DNA of 64,000 nt, from assembly GCA_035632635.1 (NCBI GenBank), contig DASQGL010000007.1, positions 7,304 to 71,303 on the forward strand, in the 5' to 3' direction. How positions within the stretch are numbered: the first letter of the stretch is position 1; each line of letters starts with the position of its first letter. This stretch comes from Candidatus Limnocylindrales bacterium. Lineage in GTDB: Bacteria > Chloroflexota > Dormibacteria > CF-121. The notes below the pieces were generated by a model. It was not told where the DNA came from. It worked only from the letters and a program-made list of their open reading frames with translations, and searched no databases. Shown in pieces: positions 9,614 through 18,926 of the stretch. Position numbers and translations under genes: made by a program.

Positions 9614-10197
9614 GCCGGCGGCCGCCCCAGCGAGAGGAAGTACTGGTGCCAGGCGCGATCCGGGGTCAGCTCCGGATGGAAGGCGAGCGCGAGCCGGTTG
9701 CCCTGCCGCAGCGCCACCGGAATCCCGCCGTGCTCGGCCACGGTCTCGACCTCGCCTCCCTGCTCCACGACCTGAGGCGCCCGGATGAAGACGGCCGGCG
9801 TCGTCCGGCCCAGGCCCGGGACGTCGACCTCGGTCTCGAAGCTGTCGACCTGCCGGCCGTAGGCGTTGCGGCGGACCGTCATGTCGATCAGGCGGAGCGG
9901 CTCCTGGTCGGCGCGGCCGTCCACGATCTGACGGGCCATCATGATCATGCCGGCGCAGGTCCCGAGCACGGGCATGCCCTCTTCGCTGCGGCGCACGATC
10001 GCCGCTCGCAGCTCTGGATCCATCAGGCGAGCCATGGTCGTGCTCTCGCCCCCGGGAAGGATCAGCCCGTCGACCCCGTCGAGGTCGGCGCCCAATCGAA
10101 CCGGCACGCCCTCCACCTCGCACTCCCCGAGCGCGGCCAGATGCTCGCGAAAATCACCCTGCAAGGCGAGGACGCCGACGCGGCGCCGGCGCGTCAC
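9610..10197 (-). CDS. pdxT: Pyridoxal 5'-phosphate synthase, glutaminase subunit
   Basis: GTG 10197 overlaps the pdxS stop (GTGA). 195 aa: [13 protein letters not shown]...[10 protein letters not shown]...[10 protein letters not shown]...[10 protein letters not shown]. Confidence 0.92.
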   Translation of the reverse strand: MTRRRRVGVLALQGDFREHLAALGECEVEGVPVRLGADLDGVDGLILPGGESTTMARLMDPELRAAIVRRSEEGMPVLGTCAGMIMMARQIVDGRADQEPLRLIDMTVRRNAYGRQVDSFETEVDVPGLGRTTPAVFIRAPQVVEQGGEVETVAEHGGIPVALRQGNRLALAFHPELTPDRAWHQYFLSLGRPPA

Positions 10198-11099
10198 CAG
10201 CCTCTGCCGGCGAGCAGCTCCTCCTGCGGAATCGTCCCAATCTCCAGGCCGCGCATGGGCTTGCCCAGACTCTTGGAGGCATCCGCCAGAATGTCGGGGC
10301 GGTCGAAGTACGTGGTCGCCGCCACGATCGCCCTGGCGCGGGCGGAGGGATTCTCGGACTTGAAGATTCCGGAGCCGACGAAGACGCCGTCGCAGCCGAG
10401 TTGCATCATGAGCGCGGCATCGGCCGGGGTCGCGAGGCCGCCGGCCGCGAAGTTGACGACGGGCAGCCGCTGCAGCCGAGCGCATTCCTCGAGCAGGTCC
10501 AGCGGCGCGCCGATCCGCTTCGCTTCCATGACCAGCTCCTGGGGTTTGGCGCCCTGCAGGCGGCGGATCTCGCCGGTGACCGCGCGCATGTGCCGGACCG
10601 CCTCGACCACGTTGCCGGTCCCGGCCTCGCCCTTGGTACGGATCATGGCGGCGCCTTCGGCGATGCGGCGCAGCGCCTCACCCAGGTCACGGCAGCCGCA
10701 GACGAATGGAACCTTGAAGGGATGCTTGTCGATGTGGAACTCCTCGTCCGCCGGGGTCAGCACCTCGCTCTCGTCGATGTAGTCGACGCCCAGTGATTCG
10801 AGGATCTGCGCCTCGACGAAGTGGCCGATGCGACACTTCGCCATGACCGGGATGGTGACGGCCTCGACGATGGCGGTGATGATCCCGGGATCGCTCATCC
10901 GGGCCACCCCGCCCTCCTTGCGGATGTCGGCCGGCACGCGCTCGAGCGCCATCACGGCCACGGCCCCGGCGTCCTCGGCGATCTTGGCCTGCTCGGGGGT
11001 GACGACGTCCATGATGACGCCGCCTTTCAGCATCTCGGCCAGCCCGGCCTTGACCTTCCAGGTGCCGCGGCGATCGGTCCCGTTGGGAGCGTGCTCCAC
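10194..11099 (-). CDS. pdxS: Pyridoxal 5'-phosphate synthase, lyase subunit
   Basis: Contains [41 protein letters not shown]... and is highly conserved across its length. Start placed at GTG 11099, 6 nt after a TACAAT box. The track's TTG 11120 is the alternative. Confidence 0.93.
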   Translation of the reverse strand: MEHAPNGTDRRGTWKVKAGLAEMLKGGVIMDVVTPEQAKIAEDAGAVAVMALERVPADIRKEGGVARMSDPGIITAIVEAVTIPVMAKCRIGHFVEAQILESLGVDYIDESEVLTPADEEFHIDKHPFKVPFVCGCRDLGEALRRIAEGAAMIRTKGEAGTGNVVEAVRHMRAVTGEIRRLQGAKPQELVMEAKRIGAPLDLLEECARLQRLPVVNFAAGGLATPADAALMMQLGCDGVFVGSGIFKSENPSARARAIVAATTYFDRPDILADASKSLGKPMRGLEIGTIPQEELLAGRGW

Positions 11100-11137
11100 G
11101 AGGCCATTGTACCGCCCCAAACTTACAATTGATCTCG
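11100..11137. promoter_or_regulatory. Divergent back-to-back -10 boxes (TACAAT on each strand) for pdxS and the transglycosylase gene
   Basis: Minus strand: TACAAT (11111..11106), N6, GTG 11099. Plus strand: TACAAT (11124-11129), N8, ATG 11138. Confidence 0.45.
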
Positions 11138-11926
11138 ATGCCGGACGCCCTGACCCGGTCCCCGTCCGATCGCCCTCCGCTTCAGGTGGTCACGCCCGGC
11201 TGGAGGCCCCGCCGGCGGCTGAGCCGGCCGGCGATCCTGCTGGTGGCCGTCCTGGGGCTGACCGCGCTGCTCGGGACGCTGACCGCGATCGGCCTGCTGG
11301 TGACGCCGCCGGTCGACAACCTGCGCGGCCGGGTCCAGGCCGTGCTCGTGGCGCACGGCGGGGGCTACGTTCCGCTCGCCGCGGTCCCCGACCAGCTCAG
11401 CGAGGCGGTGATCGCGACCGAGGACGAACGCTTTTACCAGCACCGCGGCATCGACGTCCAGGGCCTCCTGCGGGCGCTGGCCGCCGATCTCTACCACCAC
11501 CGGGCGCTCGAGGGCGCGAGCACGTTGAGCCAGCAGCTGGTCAAGAACCTGTACATGAACGGGAACGACGACAACTGGCGGAAGCCGGAGGACCTCCTGC
11601 TCGCCCTCAAGCTCGAGGCGGCCTACAGCAAGCACACGATCCTCGAGTCCTATCTCAATTCCGTCTATTACGGTCATGGCGCCTGGGGGATCCAGCGCGC
11701 CGCCCAGGTCTACTTCAGCATGAAGCCGGCCCAGCTCGACCTGGCCCGCGCCTCCATGCTGGCCGGGCTGCCGCAATCGCCGTCCTACTACGACCTGTAC
11801 AGGAATCCCTGCTCCGCCCGGGCGCGGCAATTCGCCGTCCTGGCGCAGATGGCGCACGTCGGCTACATCACCGCCGAGCAGGCAGCCAGGGCGTACGCCG
11901 AGCCCATCGGCTTCCCCTGTAAGTAG
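11138..11926 (+). CDS. Monofunctional peptidoglycan glycosyltransferase (GT51)
   Basis: N-terminal TM segment, then GT51 motifs [26 protein letters not shown] and [13 protein letters not shown]. There is no transpeptidase domain. Confidence 0.85.
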   Translation: MPDALTRSPSDRPPLQVVTPGWRPRRRLSRPAILLVAVLGLTALLGTLTAIGLLVTPPVDNLRGRVQAVLVAHGGGYVPLAAVPDQLSEAVIATEDERFYQHRGIDVQGLLRALAADLYHHRALEGASTLSQQLVKNLYMNGNDDNWRKPEDLLLALKLEAAYSKHTILESYLNSVYYGHGAWGIQRAAQVYFSMKPAQLDLARASMLAGLPQSPSYYDLYRNPCSARARQFAVLAQMAHVGYITAEQAARAYAEPIGFPCK

Positions 11927-11944
11927 TCGTCCTCAGCCTGGTAC

Positions 11945-12697
11945 TTACACGCGCCGCCTGGGAGCGGCGGCGTCTGCTGCTGCGCTTACAAAGCCTGAGA
12001 AGAGGCGCTGGACCCAATCGAGGCTCGCGATCTCCTCCGGGTGCCACTGCACCGTGATCAGAAAGCGATGGTCGGGCGACTCGAGCGCCTCGATCACGCC
12101 GTCTGGTGACCGCCCGGTGATGCTTAGTCCGGGGGCCGCCTGCTTGACGCCCTGGTGGTGGAGGCTGTTGACCTCGACCACGGTCTCGTCGATCAACTGC
12201 GCGAGCCGCGACTGCGGGTCGAGGCTGACCCGGTGCATGAGCGCATCTCGGGCGCGACCGTCCTTGCCGGAATGGTCGACGTCGGTGGCGCCCTGGAAGC
12301 GCAGATCCTGGTACAGGCTTCCGCCGAGCGCGACATTCAGCAGCTGATGCCCGCGGCAGATCCCGAGCAGCGGGAGATCGTCCCGGATCGCCCAGCGGGC
12401 GAGCGTCAGCTCGACCCGATCGCGGACCGGTTCGACCTCGTTCAGGCCGTTGATCGGCTGCTCCCGGTAAGCCTGGGGCGCGACGTCCTCGCCTCCCGGA
12501 AACACCATGCCGTCGAGCCGCCGGTAGATCGCCTGCAGACGGTCCTGGTCCTGCAGCAGCGGGATCAATACCGGCGCGGCGCCGGCTGCGGCGATGGCCC
12601 GGACGTAGGCCTGGTTGATGCCGAAGCGCGCCGGCTTGACGCCCGCCGGAATCGGAAGCGTGGGCAGGCCGATGAGCGGGGGGCCGCCGTTCTTCAA
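11945..12697 (-). CDS. Class-I glutamine amidotransferase, gamma-glutamyl-GABA hydrolase (PuuD/peptidase C26) family
   Basis: 250 aa with GICRGHQLLNVALGGSL (nucleophile Cys) and a HH..V / WHPE C-terminal motif. TTG start overlaps the pmbA stop (TTGA). Confidence 0.82.
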   Translation of the reverse strand: MKNGGPPLIGLPTLPIPAGVKPARFGINQAYVRAIAAAGAAPVLIPLLQDQDRLQAIYRRLDGMVFPGGEDVAPQAYREQPINGLNEVEPVRDRVELTLARWAIRDDLPLLGICRGHQLLNVALGGSLYQDLRFQGATDVDHSGKDGRARDALMHRVSLDPQSRLAQLIDETVVEVNSLHHQGVKQAAPGLSITGRSPDGVIEALESPDHRFLITVQWHPEEIASLDWVQRLFSGFVSAAADAAAPRRRV

Positions 12698-14040
12698 CTG
12701 CTGAACGTGAACGCGCGGACCCGGAGCGCGGGCACCCGGGTCACGCCGAAGGCTTCGCCCGACGCCTGGAGCTTGGTCGAGTCGGCGATCGCCTCGGCGC
12801 CCGAGAGCGCCTCGAGCATGCTCTGCGTGAAACGCATGTCCTTGATCGGACGGGTGATGCGGCCGTCTTCGATGAGGAAGGTGCCGTCGCGTGTCATCCC
12901 GGTGATGATCGAGGCCTTGGGATGGACGACGCGCACGTACCAGAAACGGGTGATCCAGATGCCCCGCTTGATGCCCGAGGTCAGCTCCGACCTGGGAACC
13001 CGGCCGGGCGCCATGAACATGTTCAGCGCGAAGGGGCCGTCCGGGTTCGGCGCGGGCAATCCGTGGCCGGTCGATGGGCGGCCTTCCTTGTGCGCGGTCG
13101 CCTGGTCGTAGACCACGCCGGTGGCGACCCCGCGGGTGATCAGGTCGACCCGCTGCTTGGGCACGCCCTCGAAATCGAAGGGCGCCGGCATCCCCGTCGG
13201 ATCCAGGCCGTCGTCCCAGATGGTCACGTTCTCGGCGGTCAGCTTCTCGCCCAGCCGCATGAAGCTCCGCTGCTCCTGCACCGCCAGCGCCGAGAAACCC
13301 AGGTAACTCATGAACTCGAGCATCTCGCCGACCGCATACTCTTCGAGCACCACCTCGTAGGTGCCGGGCTCGATCGGCGCCGCGTTCTGGTTGCGCCGCG
13401 CCTTGTCGATGACCTCCTCGGCCAGGTCGTCGCCACGCAGCTCCGAGACGTCGATCGCGGCCCGATCGGCATAGCCGCTGCCCGCCTCACCCATCACGAC
13501 CGAGGAGGCGACGGCCTGCGTGGCGCGATGGTGGCGAAAGACGCCGAAGGAGTTCGCAATCGCGATCTGGCCAGCCTGCGTGCTGACGGCGCCGAACGCC
13601 TTGAGGCCCGCACCCGCCGCCTTGCGGCAGACGGCCTGCACGAAATCCGCCCGCTCCTCGGGCGAAGCCGCGGCGGTTGAGTCTGACCAGGCGTTGACCG
13701 GCCGGTGGGGCGAGGGACGGGCCATCGGAACCGGTTCGGAGGGCGGCTGGAGGGCGGCGATCGTGAGCGCCCGCTCGAGCACGTCGGCGAGCGCGGCCTC
13801 GTTCATCTGGTTGACGGAGGCCACCCCGGTCCGTCCGTCCTTGACCACGCGGACGCGGACGCCCAGGTTGCGCTCGGCGACGTTCTGGTGAATCCCGTTG
13901 TTGGCGAACCGGGTCAGCGCGCTGTCCGTCTCGTTGAGCAGGACCTCGGTCTCATCCGCGCTGGATCGCTCGAGGAGATCATCACAGAACCGCTTGATCC
14001 GGGCGGTCTCGATGAGCCGCGCGGTCTCGACGTCCTTCAT
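12694..14040 (-). CDS. pmbA: TldD/PmbA-family metalloprotease subunit (PmbA/TldE-like)
   Basis: ATG 14040 overlaps the tldD stop (ATGA). 448 aa. Paralogous to the upstream TldD. The C-terminal region GMTRDGTFLIEDG is typical. Confidence 0.85.
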   Translation of the reverse strand: MKDVETARLIETARIKRFCDDLLERSSADETEVLLNETDSALTRFANNGIHQNVAERNLGVRVRVVKDGRTGVASVNQMNEAALADVLERALTIAALQPPSEPVPMARPSPHRPVNAWSDSTAAASPEERADFVQAVCRKAAGAGLKAFGAVSTQAGQIAIANSFGVFRHHRATQAVASSVVMGEAGSGYADRAAIDVSELRGDDLAEEVIDKARRNQNAAPIEPGTYEVVLEEYAVGEMLEFMSYLGFSALAVQEQRSFMRLGEKLTAENVTIWDDGLDPTGMPAPFDFEGVPKQRVDLITRGVATGVVYDQATAHKEGRPSTGHGLPAPNPDGPFALNMFMAPGRVPRSELTSGIKRGIWITRFWYVRVVHPKASIITGMTRDGTFLIEDGRITRPIKDMRFTQSMLEALSGAEAIADSTKLQASGEAFGVTRVPALRVRAFTFSS

Positions 14041-15479
14041 TTCATGATCCCGACGCGGACGTTGCGAAAGCGCGCCGGGGCGGCGCCGTGCGCGACATGG
14101 GCCAGCTGCGGCGGCTGTCCCTTCCCGCAATTGACGAGCCCCCACAGCTTCCATTCCGATTGCGGTCCGACGGCATCGCACGAGTTCCAGAATTCGGGGG
14201 TGATGCCGGCGTAGGTCGCGTTCTTGAGCATGCGCCCGCGCTTCCCATCCTTGATCTCGTAGGCAAGCTGCGTCCCGAACTGGAAGTTCAACCGCTTGTC
14301 ATCGATCGACCAGCTGCGGTTCGTCTCCATATAGACGCCGTCCTTGACCTCGGCGACCATCTGCTCGAGCGGTGTTTGGCCCGGTTCCAGGTTGACGTTG
14401 GTCATCCGGATCAACGGGATGCGGTTCCATCCATCCGCCCGCATCGTGCCGTTGCTCGCCTGGCCGATCCGGCGCGCCGTCTCGCGGGAGGTCAGATAGC
14501 CGACGAAGAGCCCCTCTTTGATCAGGTGGGTGCGCTGGGCGGGGACACCCTCGTCGTCCCATGCGAACGTGCCCAGCCCGGCGGGGCTCAAGGCGTCGGC
14601 AATGATCGACACGTGCTCGGAGCCGTAGCGAAGCCGCTGCAGCTTGTCGGTCGTCATGAAGCTCGTCCCCGCGTATGCCGCCTCCATGCCGAAGACCCGA
14701 TCGAGCTCGGTGGGATGGCCGCAGGACTCGTGGATCTGCAGGCCGACCTGGCTGGCGTCCAGGATGACCGTCATCGTCCCGCTCGGACACTGCGGCGCGG
14801 AGAGCAGGGCGACCGCTTCCTCCGCGATCCGCCCCGCGTGCCGCTCGAGCTGCATGGCTTCGACGTACTCGAAGCCGGCCTGGCCTTGCTGGCGGCCGAA
14901 GGAATTCGGATAGGAGCGGTTCTGGACGTCGTCCTGGGTGGTCGCGGTCGCATCGATGGCGGCCCCGCTCTCGACCAGCTCCTGCTCGGTCAGCGCGCCT
15001 TCGGTCGAAGCGAAGAGCTTCCGATCGCGGATGAACTCCATCTGCCCCTCGCGAACGGTGATGCCCTTGACCGCGCCCATCGCGCGGTCGGCCCGCAGCA
15101 GCAACTCGACCTTCTCGCTGAGGGGAACCTGGAACGGGTCGCGTACCAGCGGGGTGCGATAGCTGCCGGTCGAGCGCACCGGGTCGCCAAGGTCGACCGG
15201 TTCCGCATGCACCCGGGCACTGGCGCGCGCGATCCGCACGGCGCGTTCGACGACCTCCGGGACCTCGGCCTGCTCGAGGCGCGCACTGCCCGCGAACCCC
15301 CAGGCGCCGTCGACCAGCACCCGGACCCCGAAGCCCTCATTCGCGTCGTCCTGGACGGCGGCGAGCTCGCCGTTCTTGACCACCAGGTTCTGTTGGACGC
15401 GGTGGCTGACGCGAACATCGGCGTAAGCCGCGCCCTTGACCTGGGCCGCGTTCAAGGCAGCCTCGGCGAGGTCCTTCAT
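14037..15479 (-). CDS. tldD: Metalloprotease TldD
   Basis: 480 aa with HESCGHPTELDR (HExxxH motif) and GYLTSRETA...GNGTMRADGW. Confidence 0.9.
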   Translation of the reverse strand: MKDLAEAALNAAQVKGAAYADVRVSHRVQQNLVVKNGELAAVQDDANEGFGVRVLVDGAWGFAGSARLEQAEVPEVVERAVRIARASARVHAEPVDLGDPVRSTGSYRTPLVRDPFQVPLSEKVELLLRADRAMGAVKGITVREGQMEFIRDRKLFASTEGALTEQELVESGAAIDATATTQDDVQNRSYPNSFGRQQGQAGFEYVEAMQLERHAGRIAEEAVALLSAPQCPSGTMTVILDASQVGLQIHESCGHPTELDRVFGMEAAYAGTSFMTTDKLQRLRYGSEHVSIIADALSPAGLGTFAWDDEGVPAQRTHLIKEGLFVGYLTSRETARRIGQASNGTMRADGWNRIPLIRMTNVNLEPGQTPLEQMVAEVKDGVYMETNRSWSIDDKRLNFQFGTQLAYEIKDGKRGRMLKNATYAGITPEFWNSCDAVGPQSEWKLWGLVNCGKGQPPQLAHVAHGAAPARFRNVRVGIMK

Positions 15480-15495
15480 GACTGGGGCTAGTCTA
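15480..15495 (-). promoter_or_regulatory. -10 box TAGACT, N10, ATG of tldD
   Basis: Minus strand reads TAGACT (15495..15490), then 10 nt, then ATG 15479. Confidence 0.4.
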
Positions 15496-15518
15496 GTCGA
15501 CGCGCGGAACGCCGGACC

Positions 15519-17309
15519 TCAGCCGACCCACCAGTCGGCGGCGTTCCACATCGTGGTCGCCGGGGTCGGATTCAGTTCGAGGTTGTGCAGGCGGGGGGTG
15601 GCCAGCACGGTCAACATGCGTTCGTACAGGGGGAGTTCGGCGCCCAACCGCGCGTAGGCCTGCTCGAACGCCTGATACGCATGCTCGCGGGCTGGCAGGT
15701 CGAGCGTGCTCCGCCCGCGGTCCAGGCTCTGATCGATCGCGACGCTCTGAAAGCGTCCGAAGTTCGCCCCACGTCCCTGGTTGCCCGTGCTCGGAATCTG
15801 GGACGAGTGATCGATCGGGTAGACGCCGTCGGGATCCGGCCCGATGCTCCAGGTCCACAGTCCGGCCTCGAACTGCCCGCGTTCCAGCCAGCCGCCCTGG
15901 TCGAAGCCGCTGAAGAGCTCGCTGTTGTGCCCGTCGCGGGCCACGACGTCGGCGCCGACCATCCGCCAGGCGGCGACCAGGCGATCCCGCAGGCTCTGCC
16001 GCAGCGGGTCGCCGAGCGCCGAGGTCAGGCTGAACGTGAGGCGACGCCCACCCTTGCTGCGGATGCCGTCCGGTCCGCGAACCCACCCGTCCTGGTCGAG
16101 GATCTGATTGGCGCGAGCGAGATCATAGGCGGGCGTCACGGCTTCGTGGTAGCCGGTGAGCGCGCTCGGAATCGGCGAGTCGGCCACCCGCGCCTTGCCG
16201 CCCAGCAGGCTCTGGACCAGTCCCACGCGGTCGATCGAAAGCCGCAGCGCCTCGAGCAGCATGGGATCCCCGTGCCAGACGGCGGGCTGTCAGGTCAGGG
16301 GATCGGGGTCCAACTGGTTGAAGGTGACCTGCTCGTACGCGAGGCTGGCGCGCGAGCGCAGGACGAGCTTGCCGGTCGCCGGCAACGTGGCCAGCGCGTC
16401 ATCCGGAATCTCGACGGCGAGATCGACCTGGCCGGCCCGGGCCGCGTCCAGCAGCTGCCCGAGCTCCGGATAGATCCGGTACACGATGCGATCGAGATGC
16501 GGCCGGGCACCGCCCCGGCCGGCCGAGAAGCGGTCGTTGCGGACCAGCGTGATGTGATCGTCCGGCACGAGCTCCGAGATGGCATAGGGCCCGGCGACCA
16601 CGTCCGGGCGTGACCAGAACCCGTCCTGCGCCAGGCGGTCCGGCGGAATGTCCCGCAGCCGGTGCTCCGGAAGGATCGCCCCGAACAGCTGCAGGTACTG
16701 CGGGTACAGCCGGTCGAAGTGGAGCACCAGCGTGACGTCGTTGCGCACCTCGACTCGCGAGATGTCGGCGTAGCCCTCGGTGGAGATGACGCCCTGGACC
16801 CTGGGATCGACGATCGTCCGCCAGGTGTAGGCGACGTCGGACGCGGTCAGCGGCGCCCCGTCGGACCAGGTCAGCCCGGGCCGCAGGTGATAGGTGACGG
16901 TCATCGCACCCGACTTGCGGTCCCACTGCACGTCGCCGTTGCTGAGCGTCGGGACCCGGCTCGCGACATCCGGGAGCCATTGCAGGTCGGCGGTCTGCCG
17001 GTTGAGCCCCGCGTACAGCAGCGCGTCGACCTGGGCCGCCGGTTGCTCGGCGTTGAAGGGCGGCGCGAAATTGCTGGGCGACTCCCAGTCCCCGATCACG
17101 ATCGTCCCGCCCTGCGCCAGGGCGGGCTCGGGCTGGTACAGGCTGGCGGACCCCGACGGGCTCGCGATCACGGCGCGTACCGCTGCCGGCGGATTGCTGC
17201 AGCCGCCGACCAGTGAGACGGCCGCCAGCGCGCTGGTCAGCAGGCGCCCGGGACGCTTGGGGCCGCTAGATCTTGTCGAGGATCTTCCGCCGCTTACGCT
17301 GGAACTCAC
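15519..17309 (-). pseudogene. ABC transporter substrate-binding lipoprotein (family 5, peptide/nickel type) interrupted by one in-frame TGA
   Basis: ORFs 16290..17309 and 15519..16262 are in the same frame (771 nt apart). The upstream ORF carries a lipoprotein signal (LAAVSLVGGCS) and the N-lobe. The two are separated only by TGA at 16290-16292. The read-through sequence ...FNQLDPDPLT-stop-QPAVWHGDPMLLEALRLSIDR... is continuous with the conserved family-5 ...AL..AIDR motif. Confidence 0.75.
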
Positions 17310-17847
17310 TCTCGCTGATGGCGCCCCGCTTGCGCATCTTCTCCAGCTCGCCGATGTCCGACATGAGATCGACGAGCGGCGACTTCAGGCGGGTGGTGAG
17401 GTAGCTGTCCGCCTCCCCGCTGAATTCCGGCGGCCTCGAGTCCCAGCTCTTGAGGTAGAAGAGCGCCTTCAGCGCCGTGTACGGGACGCCCAGCGTCTCG
17501 ATCCGGTCGCGTTCCACGGTCATGAGCCGGAGCGTCATGCCGTAAACCGCGTGCTGGAGCTCGCCATCCAGGTAGCCCTTGAGCACCTCGCCGTCCTGGA
17601 AGCGCATGGCGACCTTGCGCATGTCGCGGCCGGACTCGGCCGCGGAGGGCGTGGCCTGGTCCAGGGTGACCCGCTTGATAGCGGGGAGAGGGATCAAAGC
17701 CCGCTCATTGTTGCTGGTCCCGTCCGAGACCTGCAAGACGAGGTTGGGCTCATCGAATGTGATCGCGGGCAGGCGACCTTCGATGATCTCGTCGTCCAGA
17801 AACCTGATGATGACGGTGTGCGATTCGGGCGTCTGCGAGCGAGCCAT
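17266..17847 (-). CDS. Hypothetical protein: two internal beta-rich repeats plus a C-terminal SHOCT-like helix
   Basis: 193 aa. The repeat HTVIIRFLDDEIIEGRL...IPLPAIKRVTL matches RKVAMRFQDGEVLKGYL...VPYTALKALFYL. C-terminus LEKMRKRGAISESEFQRKRRKILDKI resembles SHOCT. GGGAGG SD upstream. Confidence 0.6.
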   Translation of the reverse strand: MARSQTPESHTVIIRFLDDEIIEGRLPAITFDEPNLVLQVSDGTSNNERALIPLPAIKRVTLDQATPSAAESGRDMRKVAMRFQDGEVLKGYLDGELQHAVYGMTLRLMTVERDRIETLGVPYTALKALFYLKSWDSRPPEFSGEADSYLTTRLKSPLVDLMSDIGELEKMRKRGAISESEFQRKRRKILDKI

Positions 17848-17876
17848 TGCACACCTCCCGTCTGGATTCGAGCGTC

Positions 17877-17986
17877 AGTATAACGGCGACTTGCCGCGGT
17901 CCTTTCACGAAAATCGCGGGGCTGTGACAAACCGAAAAATGTTCGCCACAACCAGTGCCGGAGGGGCAAGAACCCCGTGCTATACT
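17877..17986. promoter_or_regulatory. Divergent promoter region with a TATACT -10 box on each strand
   Basis: Minus strand: TATACT (17882..17877), about 29 nt upstream of ATG 17847. Plus strand: extended -10 TGcTATACT (17981-17986 hexamer), about 70 nt upstream of GTG 18057. The local GC content is lower than the surroundings. Confidence 0.35.
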
Positions 17987-18056
17987 ACGCCCGCGATCCG
18001 GCTGGAAAGGGCTCCACGTCGAAGCAAATTACCGGGTCCGGAGTGAAGAAAGGCTA

Positions 18057-18926
18057 GTGACGCGAGTCGCGCGTGGCCCCTCGGACCTGGACCTCATACG
18101 GAGTTACCTGGCCGGTGACGTGGCCGCATTCGACACGCTCTTCAAGCGCTACCACAAGGCCATCTACGGATTGACCTTCCGGCTCCTGCGCGACCGGCAG
18201 CTGGCCGAGGACCTGACCCAGGAGACGTTCTTCCAGATCCTCCGCACCATTCATCGCATCAACGACAGCTTCAACTTCTCCGCCTGGATTCATCGGATCG
18301 CCACCAACCTCTGCTACGACGAGCTTCGCCGGCGCAAGAAGTTCCCTGAAGCGCAGGAAATCGACGACGAGGAGAGCGAAGACTCCGTGCTGCAGGTGCC
18401 CGATGCCGATGCCCGCAAGAGTCCCGAGGTCGCGCTCGAGATCAGCGAGCTGCGGGACGCCGTGTGGTCGGTGGCGCGCCGCCTGCCGGAGAAGTACCGG
18501 CTCGTCCTGACCCTCCGCGAGCTCCAGGGCCTGAGCTACGCAAACATCGCGCGCAAGATGAAGGTGTCCGAGAGCGCGGTCGAGACCCTGCTCCATCGCG
18601 CGCGGCGGCGCTTCAAAGAGGAATTCCTCTTCATGGAGGGCAAGGCGCAGACGGAGGAGACCCGCTGTCCGACGATCGCCTACCTGCTGGACAACTTCCC
18701 GCCCGGCACGCTGCGACGGGAGCAACGCAAGATGGTCGCGCAGCACCTGGACGTGTGCGAGCCCTGCAGCGAACGCTATCCGAACCCGCCGCACCTGCAG
18801 CGCGGCGACGTGGTGGTCGCCCTGCCGGCCGCCGTCGTGACCCGCCGGATCACCTCGAAGGTGACGCGCCATCCGCGGATCTCGTTCATGGAAGGGCGCG
18901 TCCAGGGCGGCTACCGAAAGCACTGA
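18057..18926 (+). CDS. ECF-type sigma-70 factor with a fused C-terminal HxxxCxxC (ZAS-like) extension
   Basis: GTG 18057 lies behind GAAGAAAGG. Region 2 (IYGLTFRLLRDRQLAEDLTQETF) and region 4 (VLTLRELQGLSYANIARKMKVSESAVETLLHRAR) are recognisable. These are followed by about 100 aa containing AQHLDVCEPC. Confidence 0.8.
   Translation: MTRVARGPSDLDLIRSYLAGDVAAFDTLFKRYHKAIYGLTFRLLRDRQLAEDLTQETFFQILRTIHRINDSFNFSAWIHRIATNLCYDELRRRKKFPEAQEIDDEESEDSVLQVPDADARKSPEVALEISELRDAVWSVARRLPEKYRLVLTLRELQGLSYANIARKMKVSESAVETLLHRARRRFKEEFLFMEGKAQTEETRCPTIAYLLDNFPPGTLRREQRKMVAQHLDVCEPCSERYPNPPHLQRGDVVVALPAAVVTRRITSKVTRHPRISFMEGRVQGGYRKH

Noticed and set aside
16240-16292. Selenocysteine decoding of the in-frame TGA in the substrate-binding-protein gene.
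   Set aside because: This is kept only as a low-probability alternative. I could not find a stable SECIS-type hairpin at the expected distance downstream. A periplasmic solute-binding protein is also not a known selenoprotein class.
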